IMG/VR virus record: IMGVR_UViG_3300002092_000035
Location: 1 to 64,000 of that record
Length of the DNA stretch: 64,000 nt
Strand: one strand, 5' to 3'
Origin: a virus
Shown: positions 56,150 through 64,000 of the stretch, piece by piece
Position numbering within the stretch: position 1 is the first letter of the stretch
Layout: each line of letters begins with the position of its first letter
The notes under the pieces: model-generated
Told to the model about the DNA's origin: nothing
Database searches by the model: none
What the model saw: only the letters and a program-made list of their open reading frames with translations
Made by a program: the position numbers and the translations under genes

Positions 56150-58414
56150 TTAAAGTTTAGTATAGCCCCAGTTAACAACTGCTGCGTTACCGCTATTGTT
56201 AGTGATACCAAACGTAAATACATTAGCAGTTGTAGTTGAAACCACAGCATTACTAATATTGTTTACAGTTCCAACAAACTGCGTGGGTATCGATGTAAGT
56301 ACTAATGCATTTCCGGCTGCGTAATACCAACCATAACTACTACCTAGTACTGGTACGTTGTTGTTAGTCACAACTGCTGTAGCAGTATATGTAACAATAC
56401 CATTTGGAATATTTCCTCTAACCCATATTGAGTAAGTACCGTTTAACGGTACTGAAAGATTTACGGTATTGGTTCCCGCCGCCAGTGTCCAGTTACCTGT
56501 CTCTTGCGTAGCAACACTAGTAAGTTGACTACCGTCACCGACAAAAGAATTTGCTGACACAACATTGGCATTGCTGATGTTGCCGCCACCAACAAGGTCA
56601 ACGCTGCTACCTGCACGAGACAACTCTAATGCATTGTTGGCATCACTGATTCTACCGAAAATGTTAGCAGTTAAGAATCCGCCGGTACCGAAGATGATGT
56701 CTTTAGTTGTACCTTCAATGCCTGTTGCTAGGACTAGATTTCCACCACCTGTAGCAGGTGCTTGCCCCGGAGGGTATGCTTGAGTTATTACGTAACCGTC
56801 TCCTGTACCTGTGATAGTATAATTAGGGTCATTAAAGAATGAACTCGTGAAGCCCAGATCAACCCAACCACCGTTGTCGTCTCCGTGATGTCCTTGTGCC
56901 ACTACGTCCGCGGATCCGATATCTGATACATTGGTAATAACTGTCTGAATGAAAGTGTCACTGTTGCTACTTATTACAATAGTAGGATTACCGATATTGG
57001 CTGCTATTTCACTCGCGCCTGGTCCAAGAGTAATAACATTTCCATTAACGTCCAAATTGCCAGGAGCAGTTAAGTTGCCGCCACTGTCAAATTCCCAAGT
57101 CTTGCCACCAGTTTGAATGTTGACATAACCTTCATTTATTTGACCGTTAGCTGAACCACCACCCCAAATATTGACATTGCCGCCACGGACGTTATAACCA
57201 TAACCACCAGTGATGTTTGTGTCACCGCCTATAGTGTGTCCTTGGCCACCTCGTATATCTACATATCCACCCGTGCCAAGATAATTAATACCGGCGTTGA
57301 TATCAATATAACCCGGAGCACCACCGGTAGTTGCTGAATCACCTGCCTCAATGCGAATATAACCGCCGTCACCACCACTACCACCTGTAGTGTTAGCACC
57401 ACCTTGACCACCACGAATCTTGATGTCGCCACCTGAGCCACTACCATCGCCACCTCGACCGGCCCATAGATAAATGTCACCACCTTCGCCGTAATCATAA
57501 CCTTGCCCTGGATTGATTACTAGTCGTTGACTGTTTTCATTGCTAACAGTACCATCAGGAGTGCTGATGATTGCTTCTTGCGAATTATCACCAAACAACA
57601 ATGTTTGACCTGTGATTGTACCACTAGGATTGTCGCCACGCTGAACTGTTAATGTTGGGAATATTGTGCTACCATCACCATTAAATGTCCAAACACCACC
57701 TTGAGTATTAGTATTATTGTCCCAAGACTGTATATAAACATTGCCGTCCCAACTTGTCATTACATTAGATTGATTGTCTTTGCCTAATATAAGATTTGCA
57801 TTGGCGCTAGCGACGAGGTGAAGGTCTGGTCCAGATGTTAAGAAGATATCTAAGTACGAACCACTATTAGCAGGATTTGGTTGTAAATGTAAGTTGCCTG
57901 TGCCAATGACATTGATATTATTGAATGTAACATTTCCTGTATTACTGCTGCCGGTAGCAGCGGTTATCCAAGTACCGTTTCCTGATAACACCTGATTGAT
58001 GTTGCCATTAAGATTGATAGTAGCGATGTTGCCTAAGCCAGAGATATTTGCTATATTGAGATTAGTTAGAAAGTGTCCACTACCGTAGTAGAAGTTGGCA
58101 TTGACGATGTTTCCACCATTAGTATTTCCAGCACTTATATTGCCTAGAACACTCAGTCTAGTGAGTGTGCCGACTGATGTGATGTTTGGTTGCGCAGCGT
58201 TAGTGACAGTCTGTGCGAGAAAAGCTTGTGCTACTGGAGGAAAATATGAACCACCGGCTCCATTTAGGATTATATTGCCGATGATCTGCAAGTTAGCTTT
58301 ATCCGTAGTAGGAGTGCCCTGCATACTTACTACTGGAAATAGTGTTGTATAAGAGATAGCGTTGCCGATGTCCGCTAATGCTGTGATCTTAATGCTTGAT
58401 GGTGTCGCACTCAT
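56150..58414 (-). CDS. tail fibre protein
   Basis: AQPNITSVGTL, Gly-rich GG.I.I.GG repeats. Confidence 0.75.
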   Translation of the reverse strand: MSATPSSIKITALADIGNAISYTTLFPVVSMQGTPTTDKANLQIIGNIILNGAGGSYFPPVAQAFLAQTVTNAAQPNITSVGTLTRLSVLGNISAGNTNGGNIVNANFYYGSGHFLTNLNIANISGLGNIATINLNGNINQVLSGNGTWITAATGSSNTGNVTFNNINVIGTGNLHLQPNPANSGSYLDIFLTSGPDLHLVASANANLILGKDNQSNVMTSWDGNVYIQSWDNNTNTQGGVWTFNGDGSTIFPTLTVQRGDNPSGTITGQTLLFGDNSQEAIISTPDGTVSNENSQRLVINPGQGYDYGEGGDIYLWAGRGGDGSGSGGDIKIRGGQGGANTTGGSGGDGGYIRIEAGDSATTGGAPGYIDINAGINYLGTGGYVDIRGGQGHTIGGDTNITGGYGYNVRGGNVNIWGGGSANGQINEGYVNIQTGGKTWEFDSGGNLTAPGNLDVNGNVITLGPGASEIAANIGNPTIVISSNSDTFIQTVITNVSDIGSADVVAQGHHGDDNGGWVDLGFTSSFFNDPNYTITGTGDGYVITQAYPPGQAPATGGGNLVLATGIEGTTKDIIFGTGGFLTANIFGRISDANNALELSRAGSSVDLVGGGNISNANVVSANSFVGDGSQLTSVATQETGNWTLAAGTNTVNLSVPLNGTYSIWVRGNIPNGIVTYTATAVVTNNNVPVLGSSYGWYYAAGNALVLTSIPTQFVGTVNNISNAVVSTTTANVFTFGITNNSGNAAVVNWGYTKL

Positions 58415-58503
58415 ATTATAGTTCCCGCTGGCTGTAATTTACCGGAGCATATACTCCTTATGATGTATTTATCATATTGGGGGGAATTACAGAGTGTAGA
58501 GAG

Positions 58504-58833
58504 TTACTGGTCTTTGGGTTGGAAAGAGTCGCCGCAACCGCAAGATGACTTTGCATTAGGGTTGCTTATGACAAACTTAGAACCAGTTAGATCCTCTTTG
58601 AAGTCAACGATTGAACCTTGAAGATACGGTAACGAGATCGCATCTACGAGAACAGTAGTTTCTCCTGCTGGAACCTGAATATCATCTTCTGCTATCTCGT
58701 CATCAATAGCGAAACCATATGTCATTCCGGCACAGCCTTTGCCAGACACGAACATTCTCAACTTAGCCCCCGGACCCTCAGTGGAGAGTACCCTTATTAT
58801 CTTGTCTTGTGCTTCTTTTGTGATCATCAACAT
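58504..58833 (-). CDS. A-type Fe-S carrier (IscA/ErpA/HesB)
   Basis: GCAG..Y, NPNA..CGCG.SF. Confidence 0.9.
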   Translation of the reverse strand: MLMITKEAQDKIIRVLSTEGPGAKLRMFVSGKGCAGMTYGFAIDDEIAEDDIQVPAGETTVLVDAISLPYLQGSIVDFKEDLTGSKFVISNPNAKSSCGCGDSFQPKDQ

Positions 58834-58837
58834 GATA

Positions 58838-59584
58838 TTATTTAGTCCCTTCTGGTTCCCAGATCATATTTTTACTTTTGTTGAGTGGCTTGTAACCTTG
58901 TTTTCGGTAGAACTTGATTAGATTACCTTGCTTCACGGCACCCTTATCCCATGGATATAGTGTTAGTGTGATGCCGTCTTCTCGTGCTAAGTCCTGTAGT
59001 ATCTTCATGGCCTTGGTACCTGCACCTACTCGTAATGGATAGGCTTGAATCCATTTAATTTCTACTGCACCGCGTTTGCTAAAGCTAGGAGTAAGTTCAA
59101 AAAGTGCAAACTGCTGATCATCACCGGTTCCGCCCAACGGCATGACATGATTGTTTTGAAACTGTTGCGGGAACATGTCATATACTTTTTTAATCCATGC
59201 TTTAGCTGCTGAGTTGTCAGATAGTTTGATTCTGATAGGTTCATCATTCTCATCAAGCGAGTCAGGTAACTTGCTCACTAGTTCTGCTAGAGGAATAGAG
59301 TCTACCACTTCATACCCATACTTCTCATACTTCTCTGGTGGAATAGATGAGATGATGTTACCGTCATCTAGCACTGCATCACCGTGAACAATCATATTAG
59401 GCTTTCTGCCCCAGAAACGAATGGTAGCGTGTTCGGGATTGAGACGGGAGAGTTCCTGTCCTACATAAGAATAGCATGTGTTTTTTTCTGCGGAGCTACC
59501 GTGTAGGTATCCATCAATCATTTTGTTCAGGGCGTTATCTAAACTAGTGTTAGACCCCTCAACGATGAACTCTCTAGCTCTCAT
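58838..59584 (-). CDS. GNAT-fold-containing protein
   Basis: RVGAGTKAM..L..FYRKQGY. Confidence 0.6.
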   Translation of the reverse strand: MRAREFIVEGSNTSLDNALNKMIDGYLHGSSAEKNTCYSYVGQELSRLNPEHATIRFWGRKPNMIVHGDAVLDDGNIISSIPPEKYEKYGYEVVDSIPLAELVSKLPDSLDENDEPIRIKLSDNSAAKAWIKKVYDMFPQQFQNNHVMPLGGTGDDQQFALFELTPSFSKRGAVEIKWIQAYPLRVGAGTKAMKILQDLAREDGITLTLYPWDKGAVKQGNLIKFYRKQGYKPLNKSKNMIWEPEGTK

Positions 59585-60138
59585 AGCGACTTACCCCACC
59601 TAGTGGAAATCACATTCCAGTTGATGATCTTCCAAAGTTCTCTGAGATACTTCTTCTTATCGGATCCATAATCCAACAAAAACGCATGTTCCCACCAATC
59701 AACAAGTAGCAGAATATCGTCACGAACCTCATGATTCTTGATAGTCTTGATCTTACCATCGTATGCTAGATATACCCAGCCGGATCCTTCTATCTTCATA
59801 GCGATATCTTCTACGTCATCTTTGAAAGCGTCAAAACTACCGAAGTGTTTATTAATGAATCCTACCATTGGACCATTTGGCTTGTTGTTATTTCTCACTT
59901 CTCTGAACTGAGGGAACCACATGTTGTGAAGAAAGGCTCCTGCAAAGTTAAACTCAAGGTCACCTTCTTTATCGTTATAGCGTTGAGCATAACCTTTGGC
60001 TAGCTTGTTGTAATGCAATTCTAGGGTATCCTTACCCATGATCGGGGAGACCTCTCGCTCAGTAAAGTTGAGCGGAATAATCTCAATGTCAGCAGGTTTT
60101 GACTTTGATTCTAGAAGATTTAGTAGATCACGCATCAT
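59581..60138 (-). CDS. Fe/Mn superoxide dismutase
   Basis: LHY, FLHN, GSGW, DWWEHA. Confidence 0.85.
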   Translation of the reverse strand: MMRDLLNLLESKSKPADIEIIPLNFTEREVSPIMGKDTLELHYNKLAKGYAQRYNDKEGDLEFNFAGAFLHNMWFPQFREVRNNNKPNGPMVGFINKHFGSFDAFKDDVEDIAMKIEGSGWVYLAYDGKIKTIKNHEVRDDILLLVDWWEHAFLLDYGSDKKKYLRELWKIINWNVISTRWGKSL

Positions 60139-60150
60139 CTATTTATGCGT

Positions 60151-60366
60151 TTACTTGCGGCGAATAATCCTACCGCGAGTTATATCATATGGGCTGATCT
60201 CTACCTCAACCTTATCGCCCATTAGAATGCGTATCTCATATTGCCGCATTTTGCCAGCGATATAACTTATTACTTCTATTCCATTATCAAGTTTGACCTT
60301 GAAGGTCGCATTTGGTAACACATCTACAACCTCTCCTTCAAACTTGACTATATCTTCTTTAGACAT
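60151..60366 (-). CDS. infA: translation initiation factor IF-1
   Basis: [47 protein letters not shown]. Confidence 0.95.
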   Translation of the reverse strand: MSKEDIVKFEGEVVDVLPNATFKVKLDNGIEVISYIAGKMRQYEIRILMGDKVEVEISPYDITRGRIIRRK

Positions 60367-60368
60367 GC

Positions 60369-60848
60369 TTATTTCTTTAATAAGTCCCATACTGACTTCT
60401 TTTCAAGGACTTCTTCTGGGATGTTCTTCACCAGTTCGCGATAGCGATCCCCGAGTTCTTTGAGTTCTGTCCAGATTTCTTCAAGTTCCTCATTAGGATG
60501 AAGGATACCTAATCGCTGTTCAATCCTTTCAAGTGTATCTGTTAAACTCTTGCCCTTGATACTGATATCACCATCAAAAGTAGCGTCACCTTTAACACTA
60601 AATGGTTGAGGTGACGGTGTCACTGTTCCGGCCCAGGTCATTGAGTAATATGTCCCTCCGGCCGCACCTCCGACACCGCTTGACCCCACAGAGCCGCCAT
60701 GGCTAATGTTAGTGCCGCTCCCGCCTCCTGAAAAAATCATGTTCACGGGCGCCGTAGTAGATATACTAGTTACTCTTGTCGGTATGTTTGTAACAGATAA
60801 GTTACCAAGACCTGTAATAGATACACCATGATAATCGTCGTCTATCAT
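60369..60848 (-). CDS. hypothetical protein
   Basis: Low-complexity N-terminus; IEQRLGIL motif. Confidence 0.6.
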   Translation of the reverse strand: MIDDDYHGVSITGLGNLSVTNIPTRVTSISTTAPVNMIFSGGGSGTNISHGGSVGSSGVGGAAGGTYYSMTWAGTVTPSPQPFSVKGDATFDGDISIKGKSLTDTLERIEQRLGILHPNEELEEIWTELKELGDRYRELVKNIPEEVLEKKSVWDLLKK

Positions 60849-61033
60849 TTATTTGCTTTCTTTAAATATAATTTGCCCTTGTCATCAATGCCGATCTCTA
60901 CTTCATCGCCTTCTTTCCATCCTAGATCCTTTAACAGAGGAATAGGTATAGGAATGATGATATCATCTGAATCTGGGTCTTCTTGTGTGATTACCTCATA
61001 GCGAACGCCATGTTGCTTTGCTTGTTTAGCCAT
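60845..61033 (-). CDS. AbrB/MazE-like protein
   Basis: IPIPLLKDLGWKEGD. Confidence 0.75.
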   Translation of the reverse strand: MAKQAKQHGVRYEVITQEDPDSDDIIIPIPIPLLKDLGWKEGDEVEIGIDDKGKLYLKKANK

Positions 61034-61036
61034 ATG

Positions 61037-61225
61037 CTATTCTATGCGACCTAAGCGGTGAAGCAGTAGACCAATATGATGCAGGTCAGGATGTGCGTCA
61101 CGATCACTGTAACCTTCCATATCGTTACAGTATCTAAGATATACCTTCAAGGCTCGCTTGAGCAATGGGATATCCATCGGGGCCAAAACATTCTTTGCAC
61201 CGGATCTGGTAACTGTTGTGTTCAT
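61037..61225 (-). CDS. hypothetical protein
   Basis: TAAATA upstream. Confidence 0.5.
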   Translation of the reverse strand: MNTTVTRSGAKNVLAPMDIPLLKRALKVYLRYCNDMEGYSDRDAHPDLHHIGLLLHRLGRIE

Positions 61226-61260
61226 ATTAGTATTTATTCACTGTCATGGTTGATATTTTT

Positions 61261-61818
61261 TTACCAAGACCTGCATGACCAGTAGTTGGCTTTCCAACGG
61301 GGTCCTGGATTGTCGCAGTGATGTCTGGCTCTATAAGACTTACGGCGAGCCGGATTAGACTTCTTGATACGCATCGTCTTGTCTCCGAAGTTCACCTTAA
61401 CGACCTTGCCGTTTGGTTTTCGGACATAGACTTTACTTTTTTTAACATCACCCTGCATCTTCTTACCGAGAGGAACTTTGCGACCGTGATACTCGGCTTC
61501 ATCTACTGTTCCGCTTGAGGCAGCATCTCCGCCGCCACCGAGTTTCATATACTCTTCAAGGTCTTCCGACTCTACTAGAACACCATTGAAGTCAAGAAAC
61601 TCTATAGCATCTTCATCAAGGTGAATGATGATGCCATCTTCCATAAAGCCGACTACCCCTGTCTCAATGACAAAGTTCTCGCCGAGTTCTATTCCAAAAC
61701 TATCATGTAGTTGGATATAATTCTCGTTGCAGTCATCTTCCATTGCTCTTACGAGTTTATACAGGTCTCTAGTGTCCATCATAGTCTCCGATATGCTTCT
61801 ATTTATCTTTGAATACAC
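61261..61818 (-). CDS. hypothetical protein, acidic N-part and basic C-domain
   Basis: EAEYHGRKV..VKVNFGD..RKSYRARHHC..YWSC. Confidence 0.7.
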   Translation of the reverse strand: MYSKINRSISETMMDTRDLYKLVRAMEDDCNENYIQLHDSFGIELGENFVIETGVVGFMEDGIIIHLDEDAIEFLDFNGVLVESEDLEEYMKLGGGGDAASSGTVDEAEYHGRKVPLGKKMQGDVKKSKVYVRKPNGKVVKVNFGDKTMRIKKSNPARRKSYRARHHCDNPGPRWKANYWSCRSW

Positions 61819-62344
61819 GCTTTAGAGTGTTGATGACATCGCTGATCGGCTGTTCGTCAGCCTGATACTTGATTCCGATGCCACCTGCTTCTTGCCACTT
61901 CGTGATATTAGGAGTGTAATCGTCAATCAGGACATTAGGAGTGCCGTCTGGTTGGACAGCATACTTATACTTCTCGTGGTCAAATATCTCGCTGTCCGGC
62001 GATACATTCAGATGTTTCTTTAGCCACTCTCGCTTGCCCTTGATACTGCCCTCTTTATCAAAGTTTAGCGGGCTGCTAAGGATAGTGAATCCACCGGCAA
62101 CCTTTTTGATCAATCTCGCGAGTTGGTTAGTTGAAGAGAAGGGACTGATGTCTCGGAAGAGTTCATACGCATTAGAGTCCTTGAAGAATGTTTCCCATTG
62201 CTCTGGGGTCATACTCTTGTAGTGATCTACATCATAGATTTCAGCAGCATAGTTGTATAGATCAGCAATTACCCCATCCATATCAAGGAAAACCTTGGGT
62301 TTACTCTTGGTCTCTACGCCTTCAAGGAGTTCTTCTATTCTCAT
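61799..62344 (-). CDS. 5'(3')-deoxyribonucleotidase (HAD)
   Basis: LDMDGVIAD, LSSP, K..W, LIDD. Confidence 0.88.
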   Translation of the reverse strand: MRIEELLEGVETKSKPKVFLDMDGVIADLYNYAAEIYDVDHYKSMTPEQWETFFKDSNAYELFRDISPFSSTNQLARLIKKVAGGFTILSSPLNFDKEGSIKGKREWLKKHLNVSPDSEIFDHEKYKYAVQPDGTPNVLIDDYTPNITKWQEAGGIGIKYQADEQPISDVINTLKRVFKDK

Positions 62345-62365
62345 AATCTAATCATAGCATGACTA

Positions 62366-62632
62366 CTATTCAATGTCAACTTGTTTATGTTTGGGCCTTC
62401 GTTCAGGTTCATAGTCACGGCCCGGAATTGGAGTAAGATCAGGCACGATATGGCTGAACTCTATGATATCGCTACCATAACGCAATGTAAACAGTGATGT
62501 GACCTTATCATCAGAGAACCCTAATAGGAGATGCTTCTGAAAAGCGACCTTGAAGCGAACCTTGTTGTTCTTCGCATCCTGTAGGATATCAGCAAACTTA
62601 TTTGATTCGCGATTAAAGAGTAGATATTTCAT
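62366..62632 (-). CDS. hypothetical protein
   Basis: ORF in operon. Confidence 0.55.
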   Translation of the reverse strand: MKYLLFNRESNKFADILQDAKNNKVRFKVAFQKHLLLGFSDDKVTSLFTLRYGSDIIEFSHIVPDLTPIPGRDYEPERRPKHKQVDIE

Positions 62633-62832
62633 CAAGTTTTCCACAATAAAAAGTTAACATAATCTCTTTCAGTCTCAAAGAGGAACACAAAACTATTCCA
62701 TTGATCACGATGATCTTCTGTGTATTTCCAGTCAGACTGGCAATTCCTCACGCACCAATCTACGACAGATTGTAACTCACCATACTTCGTAGTGACAGTA
62801 GCCTTAAAGGCTGTCTGGGTATTGATGGACAT
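62632..62832 (-). CDS. small protein related to paralog family
   Basis: WC..NC..W..FLFETERDYVNFLLW. Confidence 0.6.
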   Translation of the reverse strand: MSINTQTAFKATVTTKYGELQSVVDWCVRNCQSDWKYTEDHRDQWNSFVFLFETERDYVNFLLWKT

Positions 62833-63322
62833 TAACTCCGCTTATCATCAAAAACTTTATTCCAGCGTCATCACGATACTGGTTCTTATAGTATATAGTC
62901 GTGATTCCAGACTGAAAAATAAGTTTAGCACAGTCCATACAAGGAGCATGTGTGCAGAACATAGTAGCACCTTCGCTTGACTCTGTGCTTCTCGCGACCT
63001 TGAGAATGGCGTTGCTTTCGGAGTGGAGTACCTCTGGACGAGTTTTTAACGCATATTGTCTACCGTCACTTTCAATTAATGGAAATATTTCAGTCCATGG
63101 GCGGAAAGACATTGGGTCTATCTCTCCTCGAAAGCTGTCTAATTTATATTCTTTGTGTTCACAGTTGTTATCCCATCCGCTAGGCATTCCATTATATCCA
63201 GTAGCGATGATCTGACTATCACCTTTAACGATGACGGCTCCGACCTTCAATCGTTTGGCATAACTAAGGCTGGCCGTTAACTCAGCAAAGTCCATGAAGT
63301 ATTTGATAAACTTAGGTTTCAT
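62804..63322 (-). CDS. dCMP deaminase
   Basis: KVGAVIV, GYNG, HSESNAI, PCMDC. Confidence 0.92.
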   Translation of the reverse strand: MKPKFIKYFMDFAELTASLSYAKRLKVGAVIVKGDSQIIATGYNGMPSGWDNNCEHKEYKLDSFRGEIDPMSFRPWTEIFPLIESDGRQYALKTRPEVLHSESNAILKVARSTESSEGATMFCTHAPCMDCAKLIFQSGITTIYYKNQYRDDAGIKFLMISGVNVHQYPDSL

Positions 63323-63349
63323 GGCTCATCTCCTTCGTAACATTTTCTA

Positions 63350-63682
63350 TCATATCTTAATCCAATCACGATGAGGTGGAAGGAGTTTCGTCTCCTCAAC
63401 ATATTTAGCGTGCCATGATCCGCAGTTGTTGACTTCTTCAAGAGTTCCGTAGACAAACTCGCTCATCTCGCCGCACAGACCATAGTATTGACTGTATCCA
63501 TCATACTCTCCGAGAGCATAAGTGTAAACGCCATCTCGCCAAAAAACTAGACTAGCCCAATATCCACCGTCAGAATCTTGATTAGCTTCTGCATCAAGCT
63601 TCTTTTGAGCAAATTTCTCAAGATCAACATCATCGCCAATCTCAATCCATTCGTCCTCATACATAGTCCAATAAGTTGCCAT
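63350..63682 (-). CDS. hypothetical early protein
   Basis: Follows minus-strand early promoter at ~63705-63742. Confidence 0.6.
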   Translation of the reverse strand: MATYWTMYEDEWIEIGDDVDLEKFAQKKLDAEANQDSDGGYWASLVFWRDGVYTYALGEYDGYSQYYGLCGEMSEFVYGTLEEVNNCGSWHAKYVEETKLLPPHRDWIKI

Positions 63683-64000
63683 CTTTATCTATTTCCTGTG
63701 TCTATGACTCAGTATATCAAAACGGGTAACAGATGTCAACCGAAAAGGTCTCACGATTCTTTTACTATCTTGGCCCAGTCTAAATACGAATCATCCTCAC
63801 CAAAATCGGATTCTTCTTCTGCATGTTCTTGGCAAAACGGATGATTACCCGAAAACTGAGTATACCTTATCCAGACTGCTGGTTCATCGCATATAATGCA
63901 AAGTTCATTTTCATCGTTCATTGCTCATCTCCCTCATTTGCTTTAGAATATTTTCCAATGGTTCCTGTAGCATAACTCTACTATTTTTATCCTTTATGTG

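Noticed and set aside
1-64000. Genome-wide TAG recoding
   Set aside because: Conserved genes are full length in code 11, and nrdA ends properly at TAG

Overview
A 64-kb segment of a large tailed phage. It looks T4-like/jumbo from its TAAATA late promoters, sigma70-type early promoters, PAAR gene and tail-fibre genes. The host is probably an alphaproteobacterium (tRNA-His lacks G-1 and has A73; boxA sites read GYTCTTTGAMA). Layout: (1) tail/structural genes, then an nrdA fractured by a split intein, nrdB, glutaredoxin, PAAR, metK and redox genes, 1-22 kb. (2) A ~21-kb tRNA region, 22.5-43.6 kb, with 34 tRNA genes covering all 20 amino acids; an isolated amber suppressor at 17.7 kb makes 35. 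The region is interleaved with five free-standing homing-type endonucleases, a group I intron, sugar/SAM enzymes, Pth2 and many unexplained structured RNAs. (3) A tandem array of short paralogs sharing a ...WFxxRW end. (4) A minus-strand block: C1 peptidase, LamG/SPRY fibres, ErpA/IscA, SOD, IF-1, nucleotidase, dCMP deaminase. Best candidates for undescribed biology: a 45-codon leader peptide containing all 20 amino acids, coupled to a terminator/antiterminator in front of the tRNA array (a putative pan-tRNA attenuator); rrn-style boxB/boxA sites on three internal tRNA promoters; endonuclease plus replacement-tRNA cassettes that have destroyed the resident isoacceptor; and the paralog array, two members of which display peptides resembling the gp23 Gol region and DNA polymerase B motif B. 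All calls are by eye, with no database searches.
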